NCBI RefSeq assembly: GCF_040938485.1 | Contig: NW_027271474.1 | Location: 248,001-312,000, forward strand | Direction of reading: 5' to 3' | DNA length: 64,000 nt | Origin: Diadema antillarum | Lineage: Eukaryota | In this document: in pieces, positions 1 through 11,030 of the stretch | Layout of the letters: each line of letters opens with the position of its first letter | How positions within the stretch are numbered: the stretch's first letter is position 1 | Program-made: the position numbers and the translations under genes | Notes under the pieces: generated by a model | Databases searched by the model: none | The model's input: the letters and a program-made list of their open reading frames with translations, nothing else | What the model was told of the DNA's origin: nothing

Positions 1-186
1 TGATTAATTAATCAATTGATTTATTATTTATTTATTTATTTATTTATGTACTTATTTTTATTACTTTATTTTTTACATACTGGTAATACAAATGTAAATG
101 CAATAAGACAAATTTCTCAGAGCTAATCATTTTCCCCTAACCCATTGAGGACGGACTGATTTTGCTATAACATGCATTTCCCATAG

Positions 187-825
187 ATACCTACTCAAGT
201 ATACTCGGGACTCGTCCTCAACTGGTTAACTTGCCATTGAACATGTCTCATTCTTTATTCGGTCCTCCTGTGACAGACACTGTTGTGGATCCCAGCCAGG
301 AATCTCGACAACCCATTTCTGGGACACCTCTGCAAGACACATCCACAGGATCAACTCAAAATGGGACCAACAACAGCTTCACAACAGTTGCCGCGACGGT
401 TGCAGCAACGGAGCCTGCCTCAGTCAGCGCCGGCAAAGTGCCAGAGGATGCCATGGACACAAAAACAACCACAATTGTGCCAGACGTCGCAGCTAATGCG
501 ACGAGAACTACACTGTTGTCCACCATGTCACAGACAATGTTGCAATCTGACGCGCCACAGAGGACTACAATGTTGAATGAGAGCGTTCCCACAACCTCTG
601 CAGGAAGTGGAAATGGCAATCATGGAACAACTAGATTTGTAGAAACGTCCAGCATCTGGAATGTAGGAAATACAACTATGAAAGGAATAGATTATTTATC
701 AAATGTGTCATCAACAACAACAACAACAGCAGCAGCAACAACAACAACAGCGACGAAGACTCCACTGTCGGATGCTAAAACAACGCCAGCAGTTAGACCG
801 CCGGGCGTGATAATCCGTGAACCAC
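187..825 (+). CDS. MUSK: MuSK-like exon: Ser/Thr-rich mucin-like segment
   Basis: Acceptor tttcccatAG at 185-186, donor GTATGT at 826. Open frame of about 213 codons, very T/S-rich with several N-x-S/T sites. Ends in phase 1, matching the next exon. Confidence 0.72.
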
Positions 826-3800
826 GTATGTACAGTTGAACTTTGACGAATATAAATACAAGCTTTGTAGAGTAAAATCGCACAAACAGAGCAGTCTTCA
901 TTATATTAAGATGATAAAGATATGGCAAAGAGTAAAATATAAATTTTGTGTTTTGCCAGGGCAGTGATTTTGGTCACAGTTATACACATACAATTTGTAA
1001 ATAGGATGAGAGAACATCATGATTTAATTTTCTCACATATCTCCCATCTTACTTGCTCACAAATCTTCACTAAAATTCCCTTTCTTTAATACAAATTCAT
1101 TAAGAAATTCTACAGTGTAGCTTGTATCTGTCACATGTTTTATTTTTCTAAAGAGGTAGTAATTCAATAATATTAAGTTTTGTAAAGAGGAGTGAGTTAC
1201 AAACTATAGTCATTGCTGTACAGGCCAAGAGATAGTTTCATATCTTTTACTTCATAGAAATTAATGGGAGAGCTGTGACGTGATATCATCATTGCCTTGT
1301 CACATACATTTGTGACTGTCATCACTTGCTCAAAAAAACTATTTCTAAACTTTTTTTTTTCATTGTGGCAGACCTCACAGTTTTCTGTTTGTCTTTTTAT
1401 TTGTTTCTTTTATTTGTCTGACTTGTTCTTTGTGATAGTCAATTTGAAATCAATTGCATTTATTCAAACTTCCAGTGAAAACAAATAACCCCAACCCCCG
1501 CCACAAAAAAAAGAAAAAAAAAAGAGAGGAATGGTGCTCTTAGAATTCCAGACTTGAGTGTGATTTTTGAACTTTGCTTTGAAATTTGCTATGACATTTT
1601 GCATTGAGTATGCTAACTTCAGAGAAAGCCACAGTATAGTTAAATAATGGCTACACCCTGTAGGCCAAGCAATATGTGCAGCTAGTGGGCTGAGATTAGT
1701 ATGTAATTGTATAGAGCAGACCCTTACGACAATCACGCACCCCTCCCCCCCCCCCCCCAAAAAAAAAAAAAAGAAAAAAAAAAGAAAAAAAAAAAGAATT
1801 TGCTTTCCTGATAACTTCTGAATTTTTAAAAGCTCAAGGAGCGGGATTTTTAGAACATACAGTGTACGTGTACTTCTTTTGGATTTCCAAGAATGAAAAT
1901 CGAGTGAATATTTCTTTGCGGGTCTATAGGAGACTGCAATTCATAACAGCCTCACTTCATCTGATTTGTATAATGCATGATAATGAGCAATATTCACTGT
2001 GTTTTGCAAAAACATGTGAAAGTTAAAAAAAAAAACTGTAACATGTCCCAAGCTTGATTTTGACAAAATATTTGTTCTGTCAACTTGATAATGTCCCATT
2101 TGTTACATTTAACTTTAAAAAGGAGTTACATTTCATATTTTTCTCTTGCGCTTGTGATACTCTATTTAATAGAGGCATGATTTGCATGATGTTGATTACT
2201 GTACATGTTGTGTGTTCACATAATGCATCCCAAAAAGCAGCACCGATTGTGCTGCAGGACCCGCGGAACAGGACGGTGGAATTCGGCAGTGAGGTGATGC
2301 TGCGATGCAAAATTGAGAGCATCTCGACGCCCGAGATCTGGTGGGAGGTGAACGGGAAGCGCATCAATAGAGGTTTCGGGTGGCAGGTGCGCACCCAGCC
2401 ACTGGACGCCCAGTCAGTGAAAAGCATCATTAAGGTGAAGGGGGTCAGTCTGGAGCACGCTGGCCGCTACCAGTGCTTTGCCCGGAATGAAGGCGGCACT
2501 GTGGCATCCAGGCCAGCCTACCTCATTGTGGAGAGTAAGTTTACAGTGATGGCAACTGAACTCAGATTATTTGCTGTGCATGGACTCACTAGTGGTAGCC
2601 CAGGAGTAATAACTGCTGCACTTTATATGTGCAGCAATATTTCATACATGTATGTACCAAATGTAAGGTGTAGCAGAGCGGTGTGCGGCACTAGGTAATA
2701 CCATTCAATATTAACTCATTTATATGGGTTGCCACCGAATGAATATGCAGAGAGGTACATGCTTTAATGCGTGATTGCTGGTATTAAGTACTTGAGTTAC
2801 ATATACAGGTACACCCTGCATGTATTGACTGATGCTCTGCGTACTCCATACTGTAGATTGCTCATTGGGATTTATCAAACTGTAGGTGGCCAGGGAGTGA
2901 CACCATGTCCCCAGTGACTACAGCTTTTGGGAGACTGTGGAGCTACCAAATCTCCCGATCCTTGAGATGGGCCCTGATACTTGAAATTCCTTCATGTTAT
3001 GACAAGAAAATTAAAAAATTTTCCCCGATGTAGAAATAAATTTTGCCCATTGAGATTCATGTGATACATGACTCATTTTCTGATTGCTAATTGTTAAGTC
3101 CTTTATTTGTGTGTATTTTGGCCACCCAGAGATTGGCACAGGAACCTGCATTCTTGTGATTGTCGGATGCAAGCAAGCTTTATTGCAAAAACTGGCATTT
3201 CTTAAGCTAGGTGCAGTGAGTTACGATGTTTGATAGATTGTGTGCATAAGTTTCAGTGTGAAGTTTCCTTGGTGTATGTGATTGCATGTAAATTGTGAAG
3301 ACTTATACAACAACAAAAAAAGTAAAGGAAAAGTGATTTCATGATGAAAGAAGCACAAATGTGAGCAGTTTAAAGAGCGCGATGTATGTATCGTTTGGAT
3401 TGCAGTGGCTCCAGATATAATTGAGGGACCAGGGAATCACAGTGTGCAGTACGGCACTGAACTGAACCTGACGTGTAAGGTTCAGGCCTTCCCACCACCC
3501 AAGATAGCCTGGTTTCGGAATCTAGAACCTTTGTCGGTAAGTCAACTGTGTCACTTTCCCCCCCGAACAGGATATGCAGTGAAACTCCAGAGTTGCTAAT
3601 TTCATGATGACAAGATGGTAATTTTTGCAGCAAAATTGTTCCAAGGACTTGATTGCTTTTAAGGACAAGTTTACGTTCATGAATAATGTGGTTTGAGTGA
3701 ATGCAGCAATAGTAGTAAAACACTTCAGTGAGAGTTTGAGGAAAATTGGACAATCTTTTCAAAAGTTGTGAATTTTTTAAAGTTTTGGTGCTGTCATTGC

Positions 3801-6800
3801 TGGATGAGAAGACTGAGCACTGCAGTTTGTTATTTTACATGTGTAAAACAATATAACGAAGATATAAAGAAAATGTAACATATTTTCACTTTTCTCACAT
3901 AGAGCTCTCGCCTCTTTCAGAAGGCAGGGGATTAATATTACCCTTAATATACATCAGAAACAAGTCGAGGAAATGTGTACCTTTTTTGAAAAATAACATT
4001 TTGCGAAATTCTCTTTATATTTTCCTTATATTGTCTAAGCATGTGACATCATAAACTGTAGTAGTCTCCTCATCCAGCAGTTGACTGCACAGAAACTTTA
4101 AAAAATTCATTACTTTTGAATGCAATGACCAATTTTCCTCAAACTTTCACTGACATGTTCTACTGACATTACTGCATTCACTCAATCCACATGTATGTAA
4201 AGGTGAACTTGTCCTTTAAGGACCTCAAGGTCAAATTACTTCACCTCCTTCTTGAGGACGGGCTGTGGACTTTAACCCATGACATCATGGGCAAGGTAGT
4301 CTTGAGTCCAGCCCCAGCCCTTATGCAGAAGAAAATAAAGGAAAAGTGTTCATAGAACAAAGAGACAGTAAGTGATACAGCCATAATAGGGAACACAGAG
4401 TGTCTGACCTTGTCACCAGAATAAGATAATACAGACGTACGCTGTATACATGTACATCCCCTTTTGTGACTAGTTGCTTTGTATGCACAACACTGTGCCT
4501 GATTCTTTTTCAGGTTTAGGCAAATTTAAATCCACTGTCCAGGAAATAAGGAGAGAACATATTTTTCTTGGTCAGTCTTTGAGCAGTGATTGGGGAGGAA
4601 ATGGCACAAATTAGACAGAATCATTGATATGCTCAGAAAAATAGTACCAAACCATGTTTCACTACTCTGTTCACAGAAGTCTCGAGAAAAATTTCATGCA
4701 TTAGTTTTAAATGTAAAAGAGATAATTTTCAAAATGTGATGCATATTGGATCTTATGCATATCTTTCTTTTGTCTTCAGGAGTGGACCAACTCGAAATTC
4801 ATCATCATCAACGCAACACAGACAGCCAACTACACCTGTTTCTACAGAAACGAGGTCAGCGGGGAAGACAAGTTGGCTGCAAAGGCAGGCTTGGTCACCA
4901 TTGTTGGTGCGCGTCCAAAGTGAGTACAGCATGTCCCTTCTCATATTAAAGCGCAGGTCTTGGGAATTCACAAACTGCACATCTTCAGCAATAGGAAGTA
5001 TGAATGTGTGGGAGGGGTCTATTTAAACAAATGAGGACGTTTAAAAATGTGATTGCTGATGAGGATGCCTTTTAGTTTGTCAACTTTGGAATGTGGCGAT
5101 GCTGAAAAAATTTGGTAACCAAACGTATGGTTCCAGTGAGCAGTGCATTGCATGTTTTTCTGTTACACTAAATTTGTTGTGTGTCACAGTAAGTTTGTAT
5201 TTTGACTTTAACCCCAAAAAGGCCGGGGGAAGGGGGTTCCGCCCCCCTCAACGTTTCATGCAATAATTCTGCAACGCAAGAAGACCTCGCTGCAAGGCTT
5301 CTTGACTTTTTTATTTCAAGTCTCGCAACTTTTGAGACCAAATTTGCAATGTCCACACATACTGTTATGAAGCCATACCCATTTAACAGCATGTCTCCCC
5401 ATAATGGGCACAATTTGGGGATTTTGTGTACTTTTCCTAGAGAAAACAGTGTTCTGTCATAAAACTCATAAGAACCTGTTTATTTTTACTATTTATAACT
5501 TTGATTAATTTTATGCTAATAATGGCAGGAAAGTGGTCCATGACAATTTCCATTGAAAAAACAAAACAAAAGTCAAATAAGAAAGAAATACATAAAATTT
5601 CCAAAAACAATAAAATATGTACAAATTTAAATGTCTTTAGGAAGTTTTTTGATTTACAATTGCTAAATATGTATAAGCAGGGGAGCATTTCATGAAGCAT
5701 TTTGTCCGACAACTTGTCGGACAAAATTGCTCTCAGCCAATCAGACGCAAGGATTTCAGTAGTTTCTAACAGTTTGTCAGAAAAATATCCGACCAAATCG
5801 CTTCATGAAATGCCCCCCCAAAATACAAACCCCAAAATAAACACTCTATACTTTTAATTAGTGTTTAACAAGCTAAAGTAAGATGTTGGACTGAATTTGC
5901 ATAATTAATTGATTAGAATTAGAAAATGAAGATTCAAAAAAATTTATAAAACTTAATCTTGTAGGTTATGACGTGGGTGTCGTGCGTGCCAAATTTTGTT
6001 GCAATTTTGCCACTAATAGCCGACATCTAACCCCCTCCCCTTGATTTAGCATAGCCAAAAAAGCCTGGCCTATTTAGGGTTAAAGGGTGTGTACAGTTCT
6101 GGTCGAGGTGTAGATTTAGCTTTTAACATTTTGCGAGATATTCAGAAACCACTCTATGAGATGTCAAAGAGCATGCAGTTCTAAGGGGTATCAAAAGTTT
6201 ATTCGATGAAAATCGGTTTTGAAATGGCTGAGATATCCAAAAACAAGGTGAAACAAAGAGATCCTAATAAAGTTGGGGCATGTCGCCTTTTATTATTAGC
6301 ACCTTTTTGGATATCTCAGCCATTTGAAAACCAATTTTCATCAAATAAACGTTGAATCCTTCTTAAAATTCATGCTCTTTCATAAGAGGCTTTTCATTAT
6401 CTCACTTAGGAATGTTCAAAACATGAATCCCTACCTCAACCAGTACTGTACAGTCACTTGAAAGTAATGCCTATGTGCCTTGCTGTAACAAAAGTTGATG
6501 TAAAAGATGAGATGTAGAAAGACAAGCTGTCCTCACAAAGCTTAACTCTGGAACCTGTTTTCTCTCCCCTCCCTACCCACCCCACACCCCCACCTTTCCT
6601 CCAGTTACTGTGCGAGGTACAATGGTGCAACGTGCCGTGGCCGCTCAATAGGCAACCCTCACATGTTTGTCTATGGGAAGGGTGAGGAGATGCGGGAAGT
6701 TGACCAGCGACTTCAAAGGGTGCTGTCCAGCGATTCGTTGCTGACCACCTCGGCGCTGTGCCAAGACGGTATCCAGGAGCTGCTGTGCCATGCCACGTAC

Positions 6801-9800
6801 CCAGACTGTGCCAGCTCTGGCACGCAGCTGCTTGGACTGCCCGTCTGCAGGTAGGGTGTTTGAGAATCACCACGAATGTGGATGTTACTGGTGTCCTCGT
6901 GGGATTGTTACTGTTTTGTTAGTGTACTTGTTGAGTGTTATCACCTATAACAAAATGAATGCTGGAACTGCTGATATGTATGTTTTATAATTTTTCATAA
7001 AGATCAGCACCATATGGCATATCATTTATAAAGTTGATAATTTCTTTTCTATTTTGTTCAATGGCAATGTCAATCATTATTGTGGAAATGGTACAGGATA
7101 TCATCTTTACTATATTACATATTATATGTATAGACTAAATATCTATTTTTATTATGCCAGAAGGGGTGATTGCTTACCTTACTCCGTGGAAAGAGATGAT
7201 ACTTATTTCATTATTCTGTCACTGTGGTTCCCGATCACAAATTCAACCACTCATCGAATATCTTACCTGTCCCAATATGCAGATTATTGTGCTGACAAAA
7301 TATGTACACTGTATGCAATACACAGTATTTGCATTTTAACTTCTGATGATGTCACGTAGGGCGGACTGTCTGAAGGTGCACAACGCCTGCGGACGAGACT
7401 GGGGGAATCTCGCGAATAGAAACTTTGACGACTTGGCGTTGAGCATCCGACGGCTCAAGGTGTCCTCGTGTGAGAATCTTCCTGACACGGGCTGCACGAA
7501 GCTCTGGGAGGGTGAGGTTTTGTCTGTTGCCTTTCCTCTAACTTTATCTATGTCTATCTGTCTGTCTGTCTGTCAGACTGTCTGTTTATCTGTTTGACTG
7601 TCGCTTTGTCTGATGAAGTCTTTCGTTATCTCTCTAGCTCACTGTAATGGCAATGGCTCCTAGCTGTAGACTCACTTTTTGCCAATGCTACTTCGTCTTC
7701 TGATGAAATACCCTGTAAAGAAGCCAGCTGTGACCAGACTATAGATAAAATGACATTAAATCTAAAACATAGTCCTCAGAAGGACTCAACGTCCATCTTC
7801 CACCATTTGGAATTTGTTTACATTATATCATCAAGCGGGTCTACCAAGAAACTTGTCTGGCTGACAGGATTTCCCAGGATTATGAGTTGTTTGGGGTATT
7901 TTGAGATCAAAAGGGATCGTAATTTCAATTTGTAGTACACAACTTCTATTCCTGAAGCGCCCTCTCTGTTCAGCAGTGGGTTTGGAAGAGTGTCACTAGT
8001 ATGTGATGATCGAATCACGCCCTAGCTGCAATATTGAATCACAGGCAGCAAACAAGCTGAATTCAATCCACTCATGTGTGACTGCTTCTGCTTTGACCCA
8101 ATCGAATATGAAAGATCACGTAGCAGCCACAATCGGGTATGCTCCCGGCATACCTTTCTTGGTAATATTTCCATTTTCTTCATAAACCAACTGAAATTAT
8201 GCCATCACAACGTAATATCACACATTACACATTTTTTATGCATATAAAAACGTCTCCATTTTAGAGTAAAATTCAACAGTTTCTTCGGGGCCCCGTTTCA
8301 TAAAACTTGTTATCAGTGACAAGTTGTCATAGATGTGACAAGCTACTGAAATCCTTGCATCTGGTTGGCTGAGAGCAAATTTGTCATAGAAATGTGGCAG
8401 TTGTCACTGATAACAAGTCTTATGAAACGGGCCCCAGGTGTGTGAGAACTCTTGTTTTGCCTCAAACCGCTATTCCTCTCTTTCAATTTTGGGAAAGTAT
8501 TGCTTGAAAAATATTGAGGGGCTTGTAATTTTCGAGAGAAAGAATATGCTCCCACCAGCACAAAACTTGGAGCAGCTTTATTCCTTGATGTTTCATTATC
8601 CCTTTGGGGGATTTAGAGTTGGGTTTGGTCCGAGCTGCCAAGTCTCCCTGATTCTGCAGGAGTCTCCCTGAAAATGTCAAAATCTGTTCATGTCTAAATA
8701 AGAGAATATTAAAATCTCCCTGATTTGGGAATTATTTTCGCCCCTTTGAAATGCATGCAACACACAGATATCTCCCTGATTGCTGTGTGGAATCTTCCGG
8801 ATTTGGATGTGGGAATATTGGCAGACCTCCTAGGCCCCGTTTTATCAAAAGATAAAATTGATTTTAGATTTCCTTACTACGCAGGTTGCCATAGACTTAT
8901 AGTTGAAATCAACTACATAATCAATTCTAACTCTTCATAAAACAGGGCCCCAGTTGGAATCATTGAAAATGTTGCTGTGACTTGTCTTTCTCTTTCCCTT
9001 TGGTTTCCAGATGTTCTACATCCTTCCACAACATCAAGTAAGTATTGCTTAGAGTATTTTATTTGAGAGAGAATGAGATGGATAGACAAGAATGTGAAAC
9101 AAACATGATAAAACACATACCTACTGCTGGTTTATACATGTACTTGTTCAGCATGACTGTGTGAAATCCTTGTGTGTGGCTTGGATTTTTCCTCCTGTTT
9201 TTCATTGAAATGTTCAATTTTATGGCTAAGTGTGTAGCATTTCAACATTTTTGGTCGAAGTGATTTCAGCTTGTGTGATGCAAAGATCAAAAGAAATGGC
9301 AAGAAGGAATTGTAAACTTTCACTAGACAGGAAATTGCAAGAAAGAACGAGTTACTTCAAAGAAAACTGCAATATCTGTTTATAGTTGCCCCAGTCTACC
9401 TAGACTTCCTTCCGCTGCATAGAATTTGCAGATGAGCTGTCTTTGGAATTAAGTCTTTATTGCACTGAATGTTGTTTGATAACGTCCTTTCGATGTCAGC
9501 ATTCATTTACATGTTCTAAATGATATTGTGAGAGACAGCTTTATTAGATGATTATCTGCTTATGTTACTGAAATTCAGCATTCTTTGAAAGCTTGAGGCT
9601 GGTTCTGGTTATGTTACTTAAAATTTCTTTTGAGGGCGGTATTGTACTTGTAGTTGGATTTGTCGTATGTGGGAATGGCAACTTTTCGATTTGAAGATTG
9701 TTGTTTAATTCTTAGCCATTTTAGACTCCTAGGTCCTACTATGCAAAGGTAATGGCAGTTTGTGTAAGTGAATGCCTTATTCATTGTTGCCTATGCAGGT

Positions 9801-11030
9801 CCATCGCCCATTTCAACAAGCGGTGGTGACATTTCCACCTTTAGACTCCCAACCAAGATGCCGCGCTTACCGACTGACCTCCAGGAGCCAGCTATCCATT
9901 CAGTTCCCGAAAATTCCCCAATGTTTCTCATCCTTGTCATCACGGTACCAACAGGTGCTGTTGTTTTTGTGGCTGTAGCTATCATCACAATAATCCTCGT
10001 GAAGCGGCACCACTACCCACCAGAGTTCAACTTGCCCAAGAACATTGACCTGAGCGGGCTAGTGGACAACCCAATGTACGGTAAAAGCTTCAATCCCAGC
10101 TTCAACCCCCAACTTGCGTATCTGGAGTACAATCGCAACAGCGTCATCTACGAGAAAGACATCGGGGAGGGGGCGTTTGGGCGCGTGTTCAAGGCTACCG
10201 CACCCAGCCTGGTCAAGGGTGATGCAGAGACGTCAGTGGCTGTGAAGATGCTGAAGAGCACAGCAGACAGGGCGGTGACGGAATACTTCAATCGGGAAGC
10301 GGAGATGATTGCCCGATTCAGCCACCAGAACATAATTCGGCTCCTGGGCGTATGCTTTGTGGGTAAGCCCCTGTGTCTGCTGCTGGAGTACATGGCTGAG
10401 GGGGATCTGGAGGACTTCCTGCACTCCCGCAGCCCTCATCCCAACCAGGGCAACTCCCGGGCCTCTAGCAGGCCCGCAGAGGGCCTCAAGACATATCAGA
10501 AACTGAACATGGCCAGGCAGGTTGCCAACGGGCTGGTGTACCTCCGCGAGCGCAGGTTTGTGCACCGGGACATTGCCACGCGGAACTGCCTTGTGAGCAG
10601 CAACCTGGACGTGAAGATATCGGACTTTGGCCTAGCCCGCTATCTGGGGCCCAAGGACAAGTTCATCGGACACAAAGAGGAACACATCCCAATCCGATGG
10701 ACAGCCCCCGAGGCACTCTGGTTCTACCAGTTCACATTTGCCTCGGATGTGTGGTCCTTTGGGGTGCTCCTGTGGGAACTGTTCACCTACGCGCAGCAAC
10801 CGTACTCTACCCTGTCGCACGAGGACGTCTTCCTCCACACAAGGCAGGGCTATCGGCTGGAATGCCCAGAGAACACCCCGCAGCAAGTGTACAAGATCAT
10901 GGGACAGTGCTGGGAAGTGGAGCCGGCCGACCGGCTCCCATTCAAGCTGGTACGGGACAAGTTGGCCAGCATGGAGTTTGAATGGCTTGCCAATGGGGAG
11001 GAGTCCCCTCCTGACCCCATGGATTCATAG
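187..11030 (+). CDS. MUSK: MuSK-family receptor tyrosine kinase, 5'-partial, 7 exons: 187-825, 2241-2534, 3406-3536, 4780-4919, 6605-6850, 7360-7511, 9799-11030
   Basis: All junctions are GT..AG with compatible phases (1,1,0,2,2,1). The exons total 2834 nt = 2 + 944 codons including the stop. Domains: S/T-rich region, 2 Ig, Fz-CRD, TM, juxtamembrane DNPMY..NPQLAYLEYNRN, kinase DIGEGAFGRVFKA/VAVKML/HRDIATRN/DFG/IPIRW. These motifs are MuSK-like from recalled MuSK sequence. Signal-peptide exon(s) lie upstream of the window. Confidence 0.88.
2241..2534 (+). CDS. MUSK: MuSK-like exon: I-set Ig domain
   Basis: PIVLQDP..VMLRC..IWWEVNG..HAGRYQCFARN..LIVE. AG at 2239-2240, GTAAGT at 2535; phase 1-1. 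Confidence 0.9.
3406..3536 (+). CDS. MUSK: MuSK-like exon: second Ig domain, N-half
   Basis: APDIIEGPGNHSVQYGTELNLTCKVQAFPPPKIAWFRN. AG at 3404-3405, GTAAGT at 3537. Confidence 0.9.
3663..4215. mobile_element. Non-autonomous TTAA-targeting element (Kolobok-like, family A) in MuSK intron
   Basis: Long imperfect terminal inverted repeats (ggacaagtt..gaatgcagcaat..gaggaaaattgg.. versus its reverse complement), flanked by TTAA at 3659-3662 and 4216-4219. Confidence 0.75.
4780..4919 (+). CDS. MUSK: MuSK-like exon: second Ig domain, C-half (missed by the ORF track)
   Basis: Reads EWTNSKFIIINATQTANYTCFYRNEVSGEDKLAAKAGLVTIVGARP. Pyrimidine-rich acceptor tgtcttcAG, donor GTGAGT at 4920; phase 0-2. 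Confidence 0.85.
5212..6079. mobile_element. piggyBac-type non-autonomous element
   Basis: TTAA|CCCCAAAAAGGCCGGG at the left and CCTGGCCTATTTAGGG|TTAA at the right: CCC..GGG termini with a TTAA duplication. No transposase ORF. Confidence 0.65.
5680..5817. mobile_element. Short MITE (Harbinger-like termini) nested in the piggyBac-type element
   Basis: TIR ggggagcatttcatgaagc / gcttcatgaaatgcccccc. The core ttgctctcagccaa.caga.gcaaggatttcagtag is shared, inverted, with the MITE at 8287. Confidence 0.65.
6084..6458. mobile_element. TTAA-targeting non-autonomous element (Kolobok-like, family B)
   Basis: TTAA|AGGGTGTGTACAGTTCTGG..CCAGTACTGTACAGTCACT|TGAA, with an internal ~39-bp inverted repeat (6205-6243 / 6304-6342). 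Confidence 0.75.
6605..6850 (+). CDS. MUSK: MuSK-like exon: Frizzled-type CRD, first part
   Basis: YCARYNGATC..ALCQDGIQELLCHATYPDC..LPVCR. Acceptor ctttcctccAG, donor GTAGGG at 6851. Confidence 0.88.
7360..7511 (+). CDS. MUSK: MuSK-like exon: Frizzled-type CRD, second part
   Basis: ADCLKVHNACGRDW..SSCENLPDTGCTKLWE completes 10 CRD cysteines. Donor GTGAGG at 7512. Confidence 0.85.
8287..8436. mobile_element. Harbinger-like MITE
   Basis: TIR of about 35 bp: ggggccccgtttcataaaacttgttatcagtgacaa / ttgtcactgataacaagtcttatgaaacgggcccc. Confidence 0.7.
8632..8826. mobile_element. Degenerate MITE with repeated TCTCCCTGA motif
   Basis: Short TIR ctgccaa/ttggcag and four tctccctga copies. Related fragments (agctaccaaatctcc) occur near 2940 and 13070. 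Confidence 0.4.
8833..8951. mobile_element. Harbinger-like MITE
   Basis: Termini ggccccgttttat / ataaaacagggcccc. Confidence 0.55.
9799..11030 (+). CDS. MUSK: MuSK-like terminal exon: stalk, TM helix, NPMY juxtamembrane motif and complete tyrosine kinase domain
   Basis: Acceptor gcctatgcAG at 9797-9798. TM MFLILVITVPTGAVVFVAVAIITIILV; NPMY at 10068-10079; all kinase subdomains present; TAG at 11028-11030. Confidence 0.95.

Noticed and set aside
826-2240. A missing Ig exon between the mucin exon and the first Ig exon
   Set aside because: I read the intron for an Ig-like frame with splice sites and found none; it is AT-rich with homopolymers.
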